A stretch of DNA of 64,000 nt from Gemmatimonadaceae bacterium (GCA_031374935.1 JANMHB010000183.1:9820-73819); one strand, 5' to 3'. Shown: positions 8,259 through 19,320, numbered from the stretch's first letter. Numbers and translations are program-made. Notes: generated by a model from the letters alone, not told the origin.

Positions 8259-9764
8259 ATGACTCCGCCGAATACGAACACCGCCGCCGGCCGACCGGGA
8301 CTGGCGCGCGAAATGGGGCTGGTGGCGCTGACTGCGACCGGGATCGCCTCAATGGTCGGGGCCGGCATCAACGTCATCCCGTTCATGATCCAGCGGAACG
8401 TTCCCGGGATCGGCGCCTGGGTGCTGCCGGCGTTCCTGTTCGCGGCGGTGCCGGCGTTCTTCGCCGGGCTGGCGTACGCCATCCTGGCGTCGGCCATGCC
8501 GCGGGCGGGGGGCAGCTACGTCTACGCGAGCCGCGGACTGCACCCCTACGTCGGCTTCATCGCCAGCTTCTCGCAGTGGTTCGCGCTCTGCGTGGCGATC
8601 GGCGTTGTGTCCTATGTGCTGGTACCGTTTCTGCGCGACATCGCGGTGGCCGCGTCATGGTCGGGTGCCGCCGCCTTGCTCGAGACCGGGCCGGTGCGCC
8701 TTGGCATCCCGCTGGTGGTGCTCTGGTTTTTCACCGCGGTGAACATCCTCGGAATCAAGTCGTATGAGCGGATCCTCGTCCCGCTGCTTGGACTGACGTT
8801 CGTGCTCGGCGGAGTGGTGATCGTTGCCGGATTTCTGTTCGACCATGCGGACTTTGCGCGTGCGGTGATGGCGCGTGAGGGGCGCGCACTTCCAGCGCGC
8901 GACGCGGCACCGATCACGGCGCGTGTGTTCCTGACCGCGGCGACGGTGCTGTTCAGCGGCTTCATCGGCTTCGATTCGATCGCGCAGGCTGGTGGCGAGG
9001 CGAAGAATCCGAACCGCACTTTGCCGCTGGCCATCGCTCTGGCGGTGGTCGGCGTGAGCGTCTTCTACATGCTCTTCACGGCAGCGGTCTATCACGCGGT
9101 GCCGTGGGAGTATGTCGCCGAGCAGTCGGCACGGCGCACTGTGAACGCCCCGGGGCTGCTCGGCTACGTGCTGCCGACCGGCTGGACGGTGGCGATCGTC
9201 GCCGGGGGTGCGGTGGCACTGGCCAAGGACGTGCCGGCCATGCTGCTGTCGGTCTCCCGGCTGATGTTCGCGTGGGCCGAGGATGGAATCTTCCCGCAGC
9301 GTGTGGCCGCGCTGCACCACCAGTTCCGGACGCCGCACATTGCGATCATCGCCAGTGCGTCGATGGCAACGCTCTCGATTCTCGGCTGCCATCTGGCGGG
9401 TGATGTCTTCCTGGGTGTCGACATCCTGGTCACCGCGATGCTGGTCAACTACATCGCAATGAGCGTGTCGGTGCTGACGCTGCCGGGCCGGAATCCGGCC
9501 ATCGCACGTGACATTCGTGTGCTTCCCGGGCGGCGGGCGCAGATCGCGGTGTCCACGATCGGCATCCTGGTGCTGAGCGGATTTCTCGCCGTGCACACCT
9601 GGAAGGATCTGTCGACGCCGGTTGCCGCCTGGTACTTCAGGTCGACCCCGGTGTGGGTGCTGGTGATGTGCCTTGCCACCGTGATCTATCTGCGCGAAGT
9701 CGCGGCGATGCGTCGTCGCGGCATCGACGTGGAAGCCATCTTCGCGACGCTGCCAACGGAGTGA
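8259..9764 (+). CDS. APC-superfamily amino acid permease
   Basis: 501 aa, about 12 TM. N-terminal signature GLVALTATGIASMVGAGINVIPFMI is typical of amino acid/polyamine/organocation transporters. Confidence 0.85.
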   Translation: MTPPNTNTAAGRPGLAREMGLVALTATGIASMVGAGINVIPFMIQRNVPGIGAWVLPAFLFAAVPAFFAGLAYAILASAMPRAGGSYVYASRGLHPYVGFIASFSQWFALCVAIGVVSYVLVPFLRDIAVAASWSGAAALLETGPVRLGIPLVVLWFFTAVNILGIKSYERILVPLLGLTFVLGGVVIVAGFLFDHADFARAVMAREGRALPARDAAPITARVFLTAATVLFSGFIGFDSIAQAGGEAKNPNRTLPLAIALAVVGVSVFYMLFTAAVYHAVPWEYVAEQSARRTVNAPGLLGYVLPTGWTVAIVAGGAVALAKDVPAMLLSVSRLMFAWAEDGIFPQRVAALHHQFRTPHIAIIASASMATLSILGCHLAGDVFLGVDILVTAMLVNYIAMSVSVLTLPGRNPAIARDIRVLPGRRAQIAVSTIGILVLSGFLAVHTWKDLSTPVAAWYFRSTPVWVLVMCLATVIYLREVAAMRRRGIDVEAIFATLPTE

Positions 9765-9771
9765 GCCTCGA

Positions 9772-11223
9772 ATGACTGAGCCTGTCGAACACTGCCAACT
9801 CGCCCCCGACCTGACGATCACCCGCGTGATCACCGGTCTTTGGCAGATTGCAGACATGGAGCGCGACGGCCACGTGCTCGATCTCGACGCGACGGCCAAG
9901 GCGATACGACCGTATGTCGACGCGGGGTTCACGACCTTCGACATGGCCGACCACTACGGCTCGGCGGAAGTGATCGCCGGCCGCTATCGCGCTGCGCACA
10001 CCGACCTCGCAACACAGCTGTTCACGAAGTGGGTGCCGAGGCCGGGACCCATATCGCGGACCGATGTACGGGCCGCAGTGGAACGGGCCGCGGATCGGCT
10101 GCAGGGACGTCCGATCGATCTCATGCAGTTTCACGCCTGGACATTCGCCGACGCACACTGGCTCGACGCCCTCGGGTACCTGAGCGAACTGAAAGCGGAG
10201 GGGCTGATCCGGCAGATCGGCGTCACGAACTTCGACGCGGCCCATCTGCGCATCGCGGTGGCCAGCGGCATTCCGATCGTCACGAATCAGGTTTCTTTCT
10301 CGCTGCTCGATCAGCGCGCCGCAGGCTGGATGTCGGCGGTGTGCGCGCAGTACGGCGTGAAGCTGCTGGCGTATGGCACGGTGGCCGGGGGGCTGCTCAG
10401 TGCGCGGTGGCAGGCACGTCCTGCCCCGCCGAAGGACGACCTGAAGACCTGGTCGCTGATGAAGTACGGACGGTTCATGGAAGCCGCCGGCGGGTGGGCT
10501 GCGCTGCAGCGTGTGCTGGCGGTGACGTCACAGATTGCGAAGAAGCACGACGTCTCGATGGCCAACGTGGCGTGCCGGCACATCCTCGACCATCCCGCCG
10601 TCGCCGGCGTGATCATTGGTGCGCGCCTGGGTGAGCGCTCGCACATCGACGACAATGCCCGGCTGGCATCGCTGCGATTCGACGCCGACGACCGTCAGGC
10701 GCTGCACGATGTTCTGGCGACACTGACGCCGATTCCCGGTGACTGCGGCGACGAGTATCGCAAGCCGCCATACCTGACCGCGTCGGGGGATCTGAGTCAC
10801 CACGTCGATGCGTTTCCGGCACCGTACACCGTGCGTCACATCAACGACACCAGGTCGATCTGTCTCAGCGGCACGCCGTGGGAACCGCTGGCCGGATACA
10901 GCCGGGCTGTGCGCACCGGCAATCGGATTCTCGTCTCGGGAACAACCGCCACGCACGGAACGCAGCAGATCGGCGGCCGCGACGCCGCGGCACAAACCCA
11001 TTTCGTGATCGACAAGCTCGAAGGCGCCCTCATCTCGCTCGGGGGGACACTCGAGCAGGTCGTGCGCACGCGCGTGTTCGTCGATGACATCACGCGATGG
11101 GAGCCGATCGCGCGTGCCCTGGGTGAACGGTTCGGGCACATTCTGCCCGCCAATACCATGGTGCAGGCCTCACTGATCGGCGACGGCTATCTGGTGGAAA
11201 TCGAGGCGGACGCGGAGTTGTGA
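9772..11223 (+). CDS. Aldo/keto reductase fused to a C-terminal RidA/YjgF (L-PSP) domain
   Basis: 483 aa. AKR part: GLWQIADMERDG...GFTTFDMADHYGSAEVIAG...IRQIGVTNFD. C-terminal ~125 aa: GYSRAVRTGNRILVSGTTA...AAAQTHFVIDKLEGALISLGGTLEQVVRTRVFV...PANTMVQASLIGDGYLVEIEADA is a RidA-type fold signature. Confidence 0.8.
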   Translation: MTEPVEHCQLAPDLTITRVITGLWQIADMERDGHVLDLDATAKAIRPYVDAGFTTFDMADHYGSAEVIAGRYRAAHTDLATQLFTKWVPRPGPISRTDVRAAVERAADRLQGRPIDLMQFHAWTFADAHWLDALGYLSELKAEGLIRQIGVTNFDAAHLRIAVASGIPIVTNQVSFSLLDQRAAGWMSAVCAQYGVKLLAYGTVAGGLLSARWQARPAPPKDDLKTWSLMKYGRFMEAAGGWAALQRVLAVTSQIAKKHDVSMANVACRHILDHPAVAGVIIGARLGERSHIDDNARLASLRFDADDRQALHDVLATLTPIPGDCGDEYRKPPYLTASGDLSHHVDAFPAPYTVRHINDTRSICLSGTPWEPLAGYSRAVRTGNRILVSGTTATHGTQQIGGRDAAAQTHFVIDKLEGALISLGGTLEQVVRTRVFVDDITRWEPIARALGERFGHILPANTMVQASLIGDGYLVEIEADAEL

Positions 11224-11229
11224 CGTCCG

Positions 11230-11249
11230 TCAGGCCGCCTGCGGCCTGA
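11230..11249. terminator. GC-rich hairpin between the convergent AKR-RidA and selO genes (no U-tract)
   Basis: TCAGGCCG-cctg-CGGCCTGA, an 8-bp perfect stem with a tetraloop, 7 nt after the stop at 11223. Confidence 0.3.
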
Positions 11250-11314
11250 GACGGCGACGGTCCCGGTTCGCTCGCGGCGTCATGGTACGCGGGCGCGCGG
11301 AATCGGTCGATCCG

Positions 11315-12889
11315 TCAGGAGCTGCATGACAACATGGAACAGCCGGCCTTGTGCCTCGCCCAATCGGGACGTCGTGCGGCCAGCGCGTCATTTTGCGGCT
11401 GCGCGTCATAGGGGGTGCGCAGGACGTCGAGCAGGGTGTGGATCATCGACGAATCTCCCGCCTCGGCGAGATCGATCGCCTGCTGCGCGAGATAGTTCCG
11501 GAAGATGAATCGCGGATTCACCGCATGCATTCGCTGCCGACGCGCGGTGTGCGTGTCGCGTGGCGCACCACAGGAGGCATGCCAGCGACGGAGCCACGTC
11601 TCGAGCGCGCCCCGGTGCACATCCAGCCTCGCCTCGTCGTAGCTGATGTCGCCGAGGAGTGCGATGGCCGATTCGGCCTCCGGCAGGACATCCGGGAGGT
11701 CACCGAGTGCGCGGAAGAAGAGGGTGTAATCCAGCTCGCACTGTTCCAGCAATGCGTACGCCTCCGCCATCATCTCCTGCTCGTGATCCGAATTGGCGAG
11801 GAATCCGAACTTGGCACAGGTCATCGCCGCGAACTCGCGCCGGTACACCTCGACGAACTGATTCAGTCCGTCCTGCAGCGGCGCAGTCTCGGGGAACAGC
11901 GGCGCGAGCGCGGTGGCCAGCTGCACCAGATTCCACTGTGCCACCGAGGGCTGCTGCCCGTAGCGGTATCGTCGCCCGCTGGCATCGGTGGTATTCGGCG
12001 TCCAGTCGGGATCGTAGTTGTCCAGCCAGCCATACGGTCCGTAGTCGATGGTGAGGCCGAGGATCGACATGTTGTCGGTGTTCATCACACCGTGCACGAA
12101 TCCAACGCGCATCCAGTGCACGATCATGACCGCAGTGCGCTCGCACACCTGGCGGAACCATTCCGTACGACGCTCGAGCGGGTTGCCGCCGATCGCCGGG
12201 AAGTCGCGCGCAATGGTGAAATCGACGAGCCGCTCGAGCAGCGCCGTGTCGCCACGCGCCGTGAGCAGTTCAAAGTTCCCGAAGCGGATGAAGCTGGGCG
12301 CGACCCGGCAGACGACGGCGCCTGGTTCCAGTCTGGCATTGCCGTCGTAGAACATGTCCCGCAACACCTGTTCACCGGTGGCAACCAGCGACAGGGCACG
12401 CGTCGTCGGTACGCCCAGATGGTGCATCGCCTCGCTGCAGAGAAACTCACGGAGCGATGAGCGCAGCACCGCACGACCATCGGCAGTGCGCGAGTACGGC
12501 GTTGGGCCGGCCCCTTTCAGCTGCAGCTCCCAGCGTTGCCCCGCACGATTGACGGTTTCGGCGAGCGACATCGCACGACCGTCACCCAACTGCCCCGCCC
12601 AGTGGCCGAACTGGTGACCGCCGTAGCAGGCCGCGTATGGCTGCATGCCATCGAGCAGCTGGTTGCCGCCGAACACCGCAGCGAACGCCGGCGTGTGTAC
12701 ATCTGCTTCGGGGATGCCCAGCAGTTCCGCCACCTCGCGTGCGTGTGCGATCAACTGCGGCGCCGACACCGGGCTGGGCGCCGCGCCGCTCCAGCAGGCA
12801 TGTAATACCTGACGCGGGGTGCGCGTGGTGTCAGGATCACCCGGAAGCTCCCGGACGAAGCGATTGTCGAACCTGAGACGAGTCTGCAT
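11315..12889 (-). CDS. selO: Protein adenylyltransferase SelO (YdiU family pseudokinase-fold AMPylase)
   Basis: 524 aa. [83 protein letters not shown]-terminus ends ...CSMLSCSS, with Cys where eukaryotic SelO has Sec. Confidence 0.9.
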   Translation of the reverse strand: MQTRLRFDNRFVRELPGDPDTTRTPRQVLHACWSGAAPSPVSAPQLIAHAREVAELLGIPEADVHTPAFAAVFGGNQLLDGMQPYAACYGGHQFGHWAGQLGDGRAMSLAETVNRAGQRWELQLKGAGPTPYSRTADGRAVLRSSLREFLCSEAMHHLGVPTTRALSLVATGEQVLRDMFYDGNARLEPGAVVCRVAPSFIRFGNFELLTARGDTALLERLVDFTIARDFPAIGGNPLERRTEWFRQVCERTAVMIVHWMRVGFVHGVMNTDNMSILGLTIDYGPYGWLDNYDPDWTPNTTDASGRRYRYGQQPSVAQWNLVQLATALAPLFPETAPLQDGLNQFVEVYRREFAAMTCAKFGFLANSDHEQEMMAEAYALLEQCELDYTLFFRALGDLPDVLPEAESAIALLGDISYDEARLDVHRGALETWLRRWHASCGAPRDTHTARRQRMHAVNPRFIFRNYLAQQAIDLAEAGDSSMIHTLLDVLRTPYDAQPQNDALAARRPDWARHKAGCSMLSCSS

Positions 12890-12928
12890 GCGGCGAAAGT
12901 TACGCAGGTCGGGAACCGCGGCCGACGG

Positions 12929-13744
12929 TCACAATCGGCGATGCCGTAGTGCCGGAAGCCGAGCGCGCACGTCGTTCAGTCGCTCACGATCGAACGTCGC
13001 CACGGCTATGCCCTCGCCACCGGGGACGCAGTCCAGCACCTCTCCCCACGGATCGACGATCATGCTGTGGCCCCACGTTCGCCGACCGCTACGGTGGACT
13101 CCACCCTGTGCCGATGCCAACAGGTAACATTGATTCTCGACCGCGCGGGCGCGTAGCAGGAGCTCCCAGTGCGGAGCACCCGTGGCCCAGGTGAACGCGG
13201 ATGGGGCGCAGATCAGGTCGAGCGTCGGTTCGTTCGGCAGGGAGGCGAGCTGGCGGTACAACTCCGGAAATCGCAGGTCGTAGCAGACGCTCAGCGCGAC
13301 CCGCATGCCCCCAGCCGTCACCGCGACCGGGATCGTGCCAGGTTCGAGCACGTCTGCTTCATCGTACGCGTCACGACCGTTGTCGAAGGCGAACAGGTGG
13401 ATCTTGTCATAGCGCGCCACCAGTGCGCCAGAAGGAGCAAAGAGGCAACTCGCGTTGCGCACACGAGTGCCGCTGTGCCTGCGGATCGGCACGGTCCCAC
13501 CGAGCAACCAGACGGCATGCTGTCTCGCCAGATCGGCCAGATACTGCTGGATAGGTCCTGTCGTGGCGTCCTCACCGAGTGCCAGCAGATCGGTGTCGTG
13601 CTCCCCCATCAGGCAGAAATACTCCGGGAGCGAGATGAAGGATGCCCCCGTCGCCGCCGCCTCGGCTACCAAGCGACCCGCGGTCGCCAGATTCTCGGCG
13701 ACATCCGGGGTCGAGACCATCTGAATCGCAGCCAGTGTCGTCAT
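12929..13744 (-). CDS. Carbon-nitrogen hydrolase family protein (Nit/omega-amidase-like)
   Basis: 271 aa. LPEYF (catalytic Glu region), YDKIHLF (Lys), SVCYDLRFPELY (catalytic Cys) together form the nitrilase-superfamily triad context. Confidence 0.85.
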   Translation of the reverse strand: MTTLAAIQMVSTPDVAENLATAGRLVAEAAATGASFISLPEYFCLMGEHDTDLLALGEDATTGPIQQYLADLARQHAVWLLGGTVPIRRHSGTRVRNASCLFAPSGALVARYDKIHLFAFDNGRDAYDEADVLEPGTIPVAVTAGGMRVALSVCYDLRFPELYRQLASLPNEPTLDLICAPSAFTWATGAPHWELLLRARAVENQCYLLASAQGGVHRSGRRTWGHSMIVDPWGEVLDCVPGGEGIAVATFDRERLNDVRARLPALRHRRL

Positions 13745-13829
13745 TGGTGAAGCCTATGCTCCTGCGTGCTGCGGGCGCCAGAGATGCGGTCGCGCTTGAC
13801 TGCAAGGCTCCGACAGATGTTCGTACGGA

Positions 13830-15473
13830 ATGAATCGAATTCGTCTCAACATCCTTGCCCCCGTCCTCGGCGCCCTGCTTGCTGCCTGCGGTGGCAGATC
13901 GGCGCCGACGGGCGGCGGGCCGCCAGTCGTCCAGCCACCGGTGGTGCAGCCCCCGGTGCTGGGTCAGGCCTACGCCTCCAGCGGCCGAGCGGCAGCAGGC
14001 GACGTCTTCGTCCATCTCTTCGAATGGCGCTGGACCGACATTGCGCGCGAATGCGAAACCTTCCTCGGTCCCCGTGGCTACAAGGGCGTGCAGATCTCGC
14101 CGCCTTCCGAACACGCCATCATCCGGAGCGCCAGCGCCTTCTTTCCCTGGTGGCAACGCTACCAGACGGTGAGCTACAAGCTCGATCAATCACGCTCGGG
14201 CACTGGTGCCGAGCTGGCCGACATGGTGGCGCGGTGCAAGGCGGTTGGCGTCGACATCTACGCCGATGTGGTGATCAATCACATGACCGCCGGCAGCGGC
14301 ACCGGCAGCGCCGGCAGCGTCTACACGAAGTACAGCTATCCGGCCGTACCATATACGCAGATCGACTTCAATGCACCGTGCAGCATCAACTCGTACGCGG
14401 TGCAGGCACAGGTGCAGAACTGTGAGCTGGTCGGCCTCTCCGATCTTCAGACCGCATCGGAACAGGTCCGGGCGAAGATCGCCGATTACCTGATCGCCCT
14501 CAACGCGCTGGGTATCGCCGGGTATCGCATCGATGCCGCGAAACATGTGCCGGCGGCGGATCTCGAGGCGATCATGACGCGGGTGAACAACGCAGCAACA
14601 GCAGCCGGGCGCCAGAAACCGTATGTCTTTCTCGAGATCATTGCCGGCAGCGGCGATGCCGTGACCCCCCAGCAGTATTATGGCGTCGGGTATGCGTCTG
14701 GCGGCGCGACGGACATCACCGACTTCACGTATGGCCGTCGGATCTCCGATGCCTTTCTGGGGCGGAATGGCCTCACGCCGTGGAGTGCGCTGCAGGCGTT
14801 CGCCAGTGAGCTGCTGCCGTCCGACAAGAGCGTGGTCTTCATCGACAACCACGACACCCAACGCGGCGATGCCTTGATCTACTCCGACTCCACCTACGCG
14901 CTGGCGGCGATCATGATGCTCGGACACAGCCAGGGGTATGCGAGCGTGATGTCGAGCTACGGATTCGCGCGGTCGACAGAACTGGTCCGCGATGCCGGGC
15001 CTTCGTCCGATGGCAACGGCAACACCATCTCGACGTTCAACCCGAATGGCACCACGAAGTGCGCGGCCGCGACCGGGCTGCCGTACCTCGGACAGTGGGT
15101 CTGCGAACATCGGGTGCCCGCGATTGCGAACATGGTGGCGTTCAGGAAGGCCGCGGCCGGCACTCCGACCACCGATTGCGGGCGTGGCGACTGGCGGATT
15201 GGCGACGACCCGAATCGTGTGGCGTTCTGTCGCGACGGCGCAGCCTTCGTGGCCATCAGCGTCAGCAACGCGGCCATCACCACCACGCTGCCGACGCGGC
15301 TGCCGGCCGGCAGCTACTGCAACGTGGCGCAGTTCAGCTTCACCGCCGCGTCAGGGGGCACGCCAGCCAGCTGCTCCGGTGCACCGATCGTGGTGGCGGC
15401 GGATGGGACCGCCAGTGTCGCACTCACACGGCGAAGCGCCGTCGCACTGCACACGCGGGCTCGGCTGAACTGA
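13830..15473 (+). CDS. GH13 alpha-amylase of the animal/Pseudoalteromonas type, predicted lipoprotein
   Basis: 547 aa. Lipobox LGALLAAC|GG. VHLFEWRWTDIARECETFLGPRGYKGVQISPPSEH, DVVINHM, GYRIDAAKHV, FLEII, FIDNHDTQR, WVCEHR, LPAGSYCNV are near-colinear with mammalian pancreatic amylase motifs as I recall them. Confidence 0.9.
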   Translation: MNRIRLNILAPVLGALLAACGGRSAPTGGGPPVVQPPVVQPPVLGQAYASSGRAAAGDVFVHLFEWRWTDIARECETFLGPRGYKGVQISPPSEHAIIRSASAFFPWWQRYQTVSYKLDQSRSGTGAELADMVARCKAVGVDIYADVVINHMTAGSGTGSAGSVYTKYSYPAVPYTQIDFNAPCSINSYAVQAQVQNCELVGLSDLQTASEQVRAKIADYLIALNALGIAGYRIDAAKHVPAADLEAIMTRVNNAATAAGRQKPYVFLEIIAGSGDAVTPQQYYGVGYASGGATDITDFTYGRRISDAFLGRNGLTPWSALQAFASELLPSDKSVVFIDNHDTQRGDALIYSDSTYALAAIMMLGHSQGYASVMSSYGFARSTELVRDAGPSSDGNGNTISTFNPNGTTKCAAATGLPYLGQWVCEHRVPAIANMVAFRKAAAGTPTTDCGRGDWRIGDDPNRVAFCRDGAAFVAISVSNAAITTTLPTRLPAGSYCNVAQFSFTAASGGTPASCSGAPIVVAADGTASVALTRRSAVALHTRARLN

Positions 15474-15551
15474 ACGCTGGGTGACGGACGCCTTGCCGCA
15501 CCGCGCGGCCGCGTGCCGACTCCGCCACCGCCGTTGCTGCGGGGCATTGCG

Positions 15552-16016
15552 TCACACCGGCTTGTTCACCATGCACCAGAGCGACCAGAGCAGCGGCAGC
15601 GCGGCCAGCCACCCGATGGCGTTCCATCGCCCATAGACTCGCCGCAGCTCTGCGTCGGCCTCGGGCCCGAGCCGCAGCATCCGGCGCTGTGCCGGGACCA
15701 GTATCAGCAGCCAGAGCGCGGTCGAGAGGCCCAGCCCGATCATCGCCCCGCGAATCCAGCGCGTCTGCCACAGGGGATACCCGCGCGCGGCCGCGAGCAC
15801 GATGCCACTGACCACGAGCAGCGCGGCGCCGCCGAGCGTGAAGGTCCAGTCGGTGATCACGATCGCCCGGGCGGCGACACGGAAGTCCGTCCGCGCCCGT
15901 TGCCTGAACATGATGGCCGCCCAGACGCCGGTGACGATCACGTTGCCGACGAAAAGAATCGCGGCCAGCACGTGCAGCATGCGCAGGATGCCAAACGCTG
16001 TTGCGCTGATCGTCAT
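15552..16016 (-). CDS. Integral membrane protein, DUF2269-like (tentative family)
   Basis: Track ORF trimmed to ATG at 16016 ([28 protein letters not shown]...), which overlaps the NUDIX gene stop as ATGA. Four predicted TM segments. Confidence 0.55.
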   Translation of the reverse strand: MTISATAFGILRMLHVLAAILFVGNVIVTGVWAAIMFRQRARTDFRVAARAIVITDWTFTLGGAALLVVSGIVLAAARGYPLWQTRWIRGAMIGLGLSTALWLLILVPAQRRMLRLGPEADAELRRVYGRWNAIGWLAALPLLWSLWCMVNKPV

Positions 16017-16441
16017 GACACGGGGGTGCTGACGCCCGACGGGATGAAGCCGAGCGCGTGCAGCGAGCGAAGCGGCGGGAAGAGGGGGCTGGGCAATGCA
16101 TTCCACGGGAACCACTGCCAGCCGTCACACTTGTCCGGCTCGCAGTTCTGCACCTCGCCCACGACGTCGAGCGCTTCGACAAAGAGTGTCACGTAGTGCT
16201 TCTGCTCCGCCGGAAACGCATCGACCGTGAATTGTGCGTGCGCGATGGCCGTCGTGTACAGCGCGGTTTCCTCGACGAGCTCACGTTGGGCACAGGCGAT
16301 GAGGCTCTCACCGTATTCGAGATTGCCGCCCGGCAGCGCCCAGGTACCCGCGCCATGACTCCCACGCCGAAGGCCGAGCAGCACGCGACCCGCACGACAC
16401 ACAATGATGCCGACGCCTACACGCGTGTATGGTCGCTCCAT
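16013..16441 (-). CDS. NUDIX hydrolase
   Basis: Track ORF trimmed to ATG at 16441 ([14 protein letters not shown]...). NUDIX box [24 protein letters not shown]. Confidence 0.85.
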   Translation of the reverse strand: MERPYTRVGVGIIVCRAGRVLLGLRRGSHGAGTWALPGGNLEYGESLIACAQRELVEETALYTTAIAHAQFTVDAFPAEQKHYVTLFVEALDVVGEVQNCEPDKCDGWQWFPWNALPSPLFPPLRSLHALGFIPSGVSTPVS

Positions 16442-16524
16442 CGACGTCTCCAATCCCGCATGTGGTGACGAGCAGCTCACGCGACGAGCGGAACTCTCGC
16501 GGTCGCTCAACGTTGTTCCTGAGA

Positions 16525-16546
16525 TGCAATTAACGAGTAAATTGCA
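16525..16546. promoter_or_regulatory. Candidate operator: 7-bp inverted repeat in an AT-rich divergent promoter region
   Basis: TGCAATT-aacgagta-AATTGCA. Lies between the NUDIX gene (start 16441, -) and the CBM9/DUF5916-like gene (start 16585, +), in a local AT-rich island within ~70% GC DNA. Confidence 0.3.
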
Positions 16547-16584
16547 CGTCTGCGCGCGCATTTGCGATCCACCGACACCATGCG

Positions 16585-19305
16585 ATGAAGCCACTGTCCG
16601 GCCGTACAGACCTCTCGATCGCACTCGCGCTGCTCATGGGAGGTGCGGTCTTCGTCGCGCCGGCACACGCACAGTCCGGGACGGCAGGCAGCGCACGATC
16701 GCAGATCGCGAGCCCGGCCCGACCGACGGTCACGGCTGCGTGGGCCGTCAGGGCACCGGTGATCGATGGGCGACTCGATGACGCCATCTGGCGGAGCGCG
16801 GTGGCCGTGGGTGGCTTCGTACAACGCTCGCCGCGTGGTGGTGCCCCAGGTTCGCAGCGATCCGAGGTGCGCGTGGCCTACGACCAGGCCGCGATGTACG
16901 TCGGCGTCCGGAACTTCGACACGGCTCCGGACTCGATCGCCCAGCAGCTCGGCCGACGTGACGCTGATGAAATCTACTCCGACTGGTTCTCGGTCGGATT
17001 CGACAGTTATGGCGACCGACGCACCGCATTCGTCTTCGCGGTCAATCCGCGCGGCGTGCTGCGCGACACATACCTCTTCAACGACGACGATGAGGATCGG
17101 CTCTGGGATGCGGTGTGGAACGTCGCTGCCCACATCGACAGCGCGGGCTGGACGGCGGAGTTTCGCATTCCGCTGTCACAGCTTCGGTATGACGTGAATG
17201 GATCGATCGGTGCCGTGCGGCCGTGGGGGATCAACTTCAGTCGCGAAATCGCCCGGCATGGTGAGGAAGCCTTCTGGGTGCCGACGCCCGCCGACGCCCC
17301 GGGCATCGTCTCCCGGTTCGGTGATCTCGTCGGCCTCGATTCACTCCGACCGGCGTCGCGGATCGAACTGATTCCCTACATCCGGACCCAGCTCGAGACG
17401 CAGCCCGTGGCGGCGCGCAACCGATTCGTCCCGGCCCGTGATCTGGCCGGTGCCGTCGGCGGCGATGTGCGCCTGAAGCTACCGCAGTCACTGACGCTCA
17501 CCGCATCCGTCAACCCGGATTTCGGCCAGGTGGAGGCTGATCCGGCGGTCGTCAATCTCTCGGCGTTCGAGATCTTCTTTCCCGAGCGGCGCCCGTTCTT
17601 TCTCGAAAATGCCGACGGCTTCGCGTTTGGTGGCACACGTACCTTCAACGCCAACGACAGCCCGCGATTCTTCTACACCCGCCGGATCGGACGGCCTCCG
17701 CAACGCCGGCCATCCGGCGGTGATGTCCGCGCTGTCGGGCTGGCATCACAGACGCCGATTCTCGGCGCGCTCAAACTGTCCGGCACGACGCCGTCAGGCT
17801 GGCAGATCGGGTCACTCAATGCAGTCACGATCCGCGAACGGGCCGACGTACTCGACACACTGGGACGGCTGCGCAGCGAAGCGGCCGAACCATTGTCGAA
17901 TTACCATGTGACGCGCGTTCGCAAACTGCTTCGCGGAGGCAACGCCGGTGTCGGCGCATTCGTCTCCGATGTGCGGCGCGACCTTGCCGATTCCGCGCTC
18001 GGTGCACGATTGCCCTCGTCGGCGAGTATCGTCGGCCTCGACTGGGAATCGGCCTGGCAGCGGCGCACCTGGACAGTGAGTGGCGTCCTTGCCAGCAGCG
18101 GCGTGAAGGGAAGCCCGGCAGCCATCACCCGCCTGCAACGCGCGAACTACCGCAGTTTGCAGCGCCCCGATGCCACCCACCTCACCTATGACCCCACACG
18201 CCGCTCCCTCGGTGGACACTACGGTGCACTCACACTCGCCAAGAGCGCCGGTGAGCGCGTGCTCGGCTCCGTCACCTACGAGGAGACGAGCCCTGGTTTC
18301 GAGGTGAACGACGTGGGCTTTCAGTTCCGCTCGGACTTCCGCTCGGTGTCAACCTCGCTGACGTATCGGAACCCAGTCCAATCGAAACTGGCTCGGGAAT
18401 ACGCGCTCGGCGTGTACACGACGCTCAGCGACAACTTCGGCGGTGAACGGGTCGAGGAGCGAATCAGCTGGAACGCCAACACCGAGCTGCTGAACTTCTG
18501 GAGCCTGAGTGTCTTTGGTTCGTACTCACCACAAACCCAGAACGATCGCCTGCTGCGCGGCGGGCCCATCGCGCGCCGGCCGGCGTCGCTCGTCCAGCGC
18601 GTCGGCATCGACAGCGATACACGAAAGACTTTCATCGGCTCTGCCGAACTCACGCGCACAACCGATGCGTCCGGGCTGGAAGTGAACAGCGTCGAGTTCG
18701 AACTCGACTGGCGTCCGGCACCGCAGGCGCGGGTGCGGCTCGGCCCATCGTACGAACGGCAACGGACCACCGGGCAGTACGTGCTGGCGGTGGCCGACCC
18801 GCTGTCGATGGTGTCCGGCAATGCGCGGTACGTGTTTGCGAATGTGAGGCAGACCGAAGTGCGCCTCGACACACGGCTCGACTGGACCTTTTCGCCCTGG
18901 CTGTCTCTGCAACTGTTCCTGCAACCGTTCGCGTCAGCGGGGAGGTTCACACGGTTCAAGGAGTTCACCACGCCACGCCGATTCGACTTTGCCGAGTACG
19001 GCGTGGATCGCGGCACCCTGTTGCCGGTGGCTGGCGGTGCGGTGCGTGTCGATCCGGATGGGCTCGGCCCCGCTGCGGCCTTCACGATCCCGAATCAGGA
19101 CTTCACCGTCCGCGCCCTGCGAGGCAATGCCGTGCTGCGGTGGGAGTATCAGCCGGGGTCGGCGGTGTTCCTTGTCTGGTCGCAGCAGCGGGAGCAGGCG
19201 TTCGACGACGTGCGATCGAACGTGATCGGGCAGGCCGGTCGGACGTTCGCCGATCCGGGTCGGCATGTTTTTCTGATCAAGTTCAGCCGCTGGATCGGTC
19301 GGTGA
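16585..19305 (+). CDS. Exported CBM9-like domain protein with a large DUF5916-type C-terminal region
   Basis: 906 aa. Signal peptide ending APAHAQ. N-terminal [25 protein letters not shown]...[14 protein letters not shown]...[29 protein letters not shown] is typical of carbohydrate-binding family 9-like modules. The long beta-rich C-terminus ends [11 protein letters not shown]. Confidence 0.7.
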   Translation: MKPLSGRTDLSIALALLMGGAVFVAPAHAQSGTAGSARSQIASPARPTVTAAWAVRAPVIDGRLDDAIWRSAVAVGGFVQRSPRGGAPGSQRSEVRVAYDQAAMYVGVRNFDTAPDSIAQQLGRRDADEIYSDWFSVGFDSYGDRRTAFVFAVNPRGVLRDTYLFNDDDEDRLWDAVWNVAAHIDSAGWTAEFRIPLSQLRYDVNGSIGAVRPWGINFSREIARHGEEAFWVPTPADAPGIVSRFGDLVGLDSLRPASRIELIPYIRTQLETQPVAARNRFVPARDLAGAVGGDVRLKLPQSLTLTASVNPDFGQVEADPAVVNLSAFEIFFPERRPFFLENADGFAFGGTRTFNANDSPRFFYTRRIGRPPQRRPSGGDVRAVGLASQTPILGALKLSGTTPSGWQIGSLNAVTIRERADVLDTLGRLRSEAAEPLSNYHVTRVRKLLRGGNAGVGAFVSDVRRDLADSALGARLPSSASIVGLDWESAWQRRTWTVSGVLASSGVKGSPAAITRLQRANYRSLQRPDATHLTYDPTRRSLGGHYGALTLAKSAGERVLGSVTYEETSPGFEVNDVGFQFRSDFRSVSTSLTYRNPVQSKLAREYALGVYTTLSDNFGGERVEERISWNANTELLNFWSLSVFGSYSPQTQNDRLLRGGPIARRPASLVQRVGIDSDTRKTFIGSAELTRTTDASGLEVNSVEFELDWRPAPQARVRLGPSYERQRTTGQYVLAVADPLSMVSGNARYVFANVRQTEVRLDTRLDWTFSPWLSLQLFLQPFASAGRFTRFKEFTTPRRFDFAEYGVDRGTLLPVAGGAVRVDPDGLGPAAAFTIPNQDFTVRALRGNAVLRWEYQPGSAVFLVWSQQREQAFDDVRSNVIGQAGRTFADPGRHVFLIKFSRWIGR

Positions 19306-19320
19306 ACACCCAGCGGTGGG

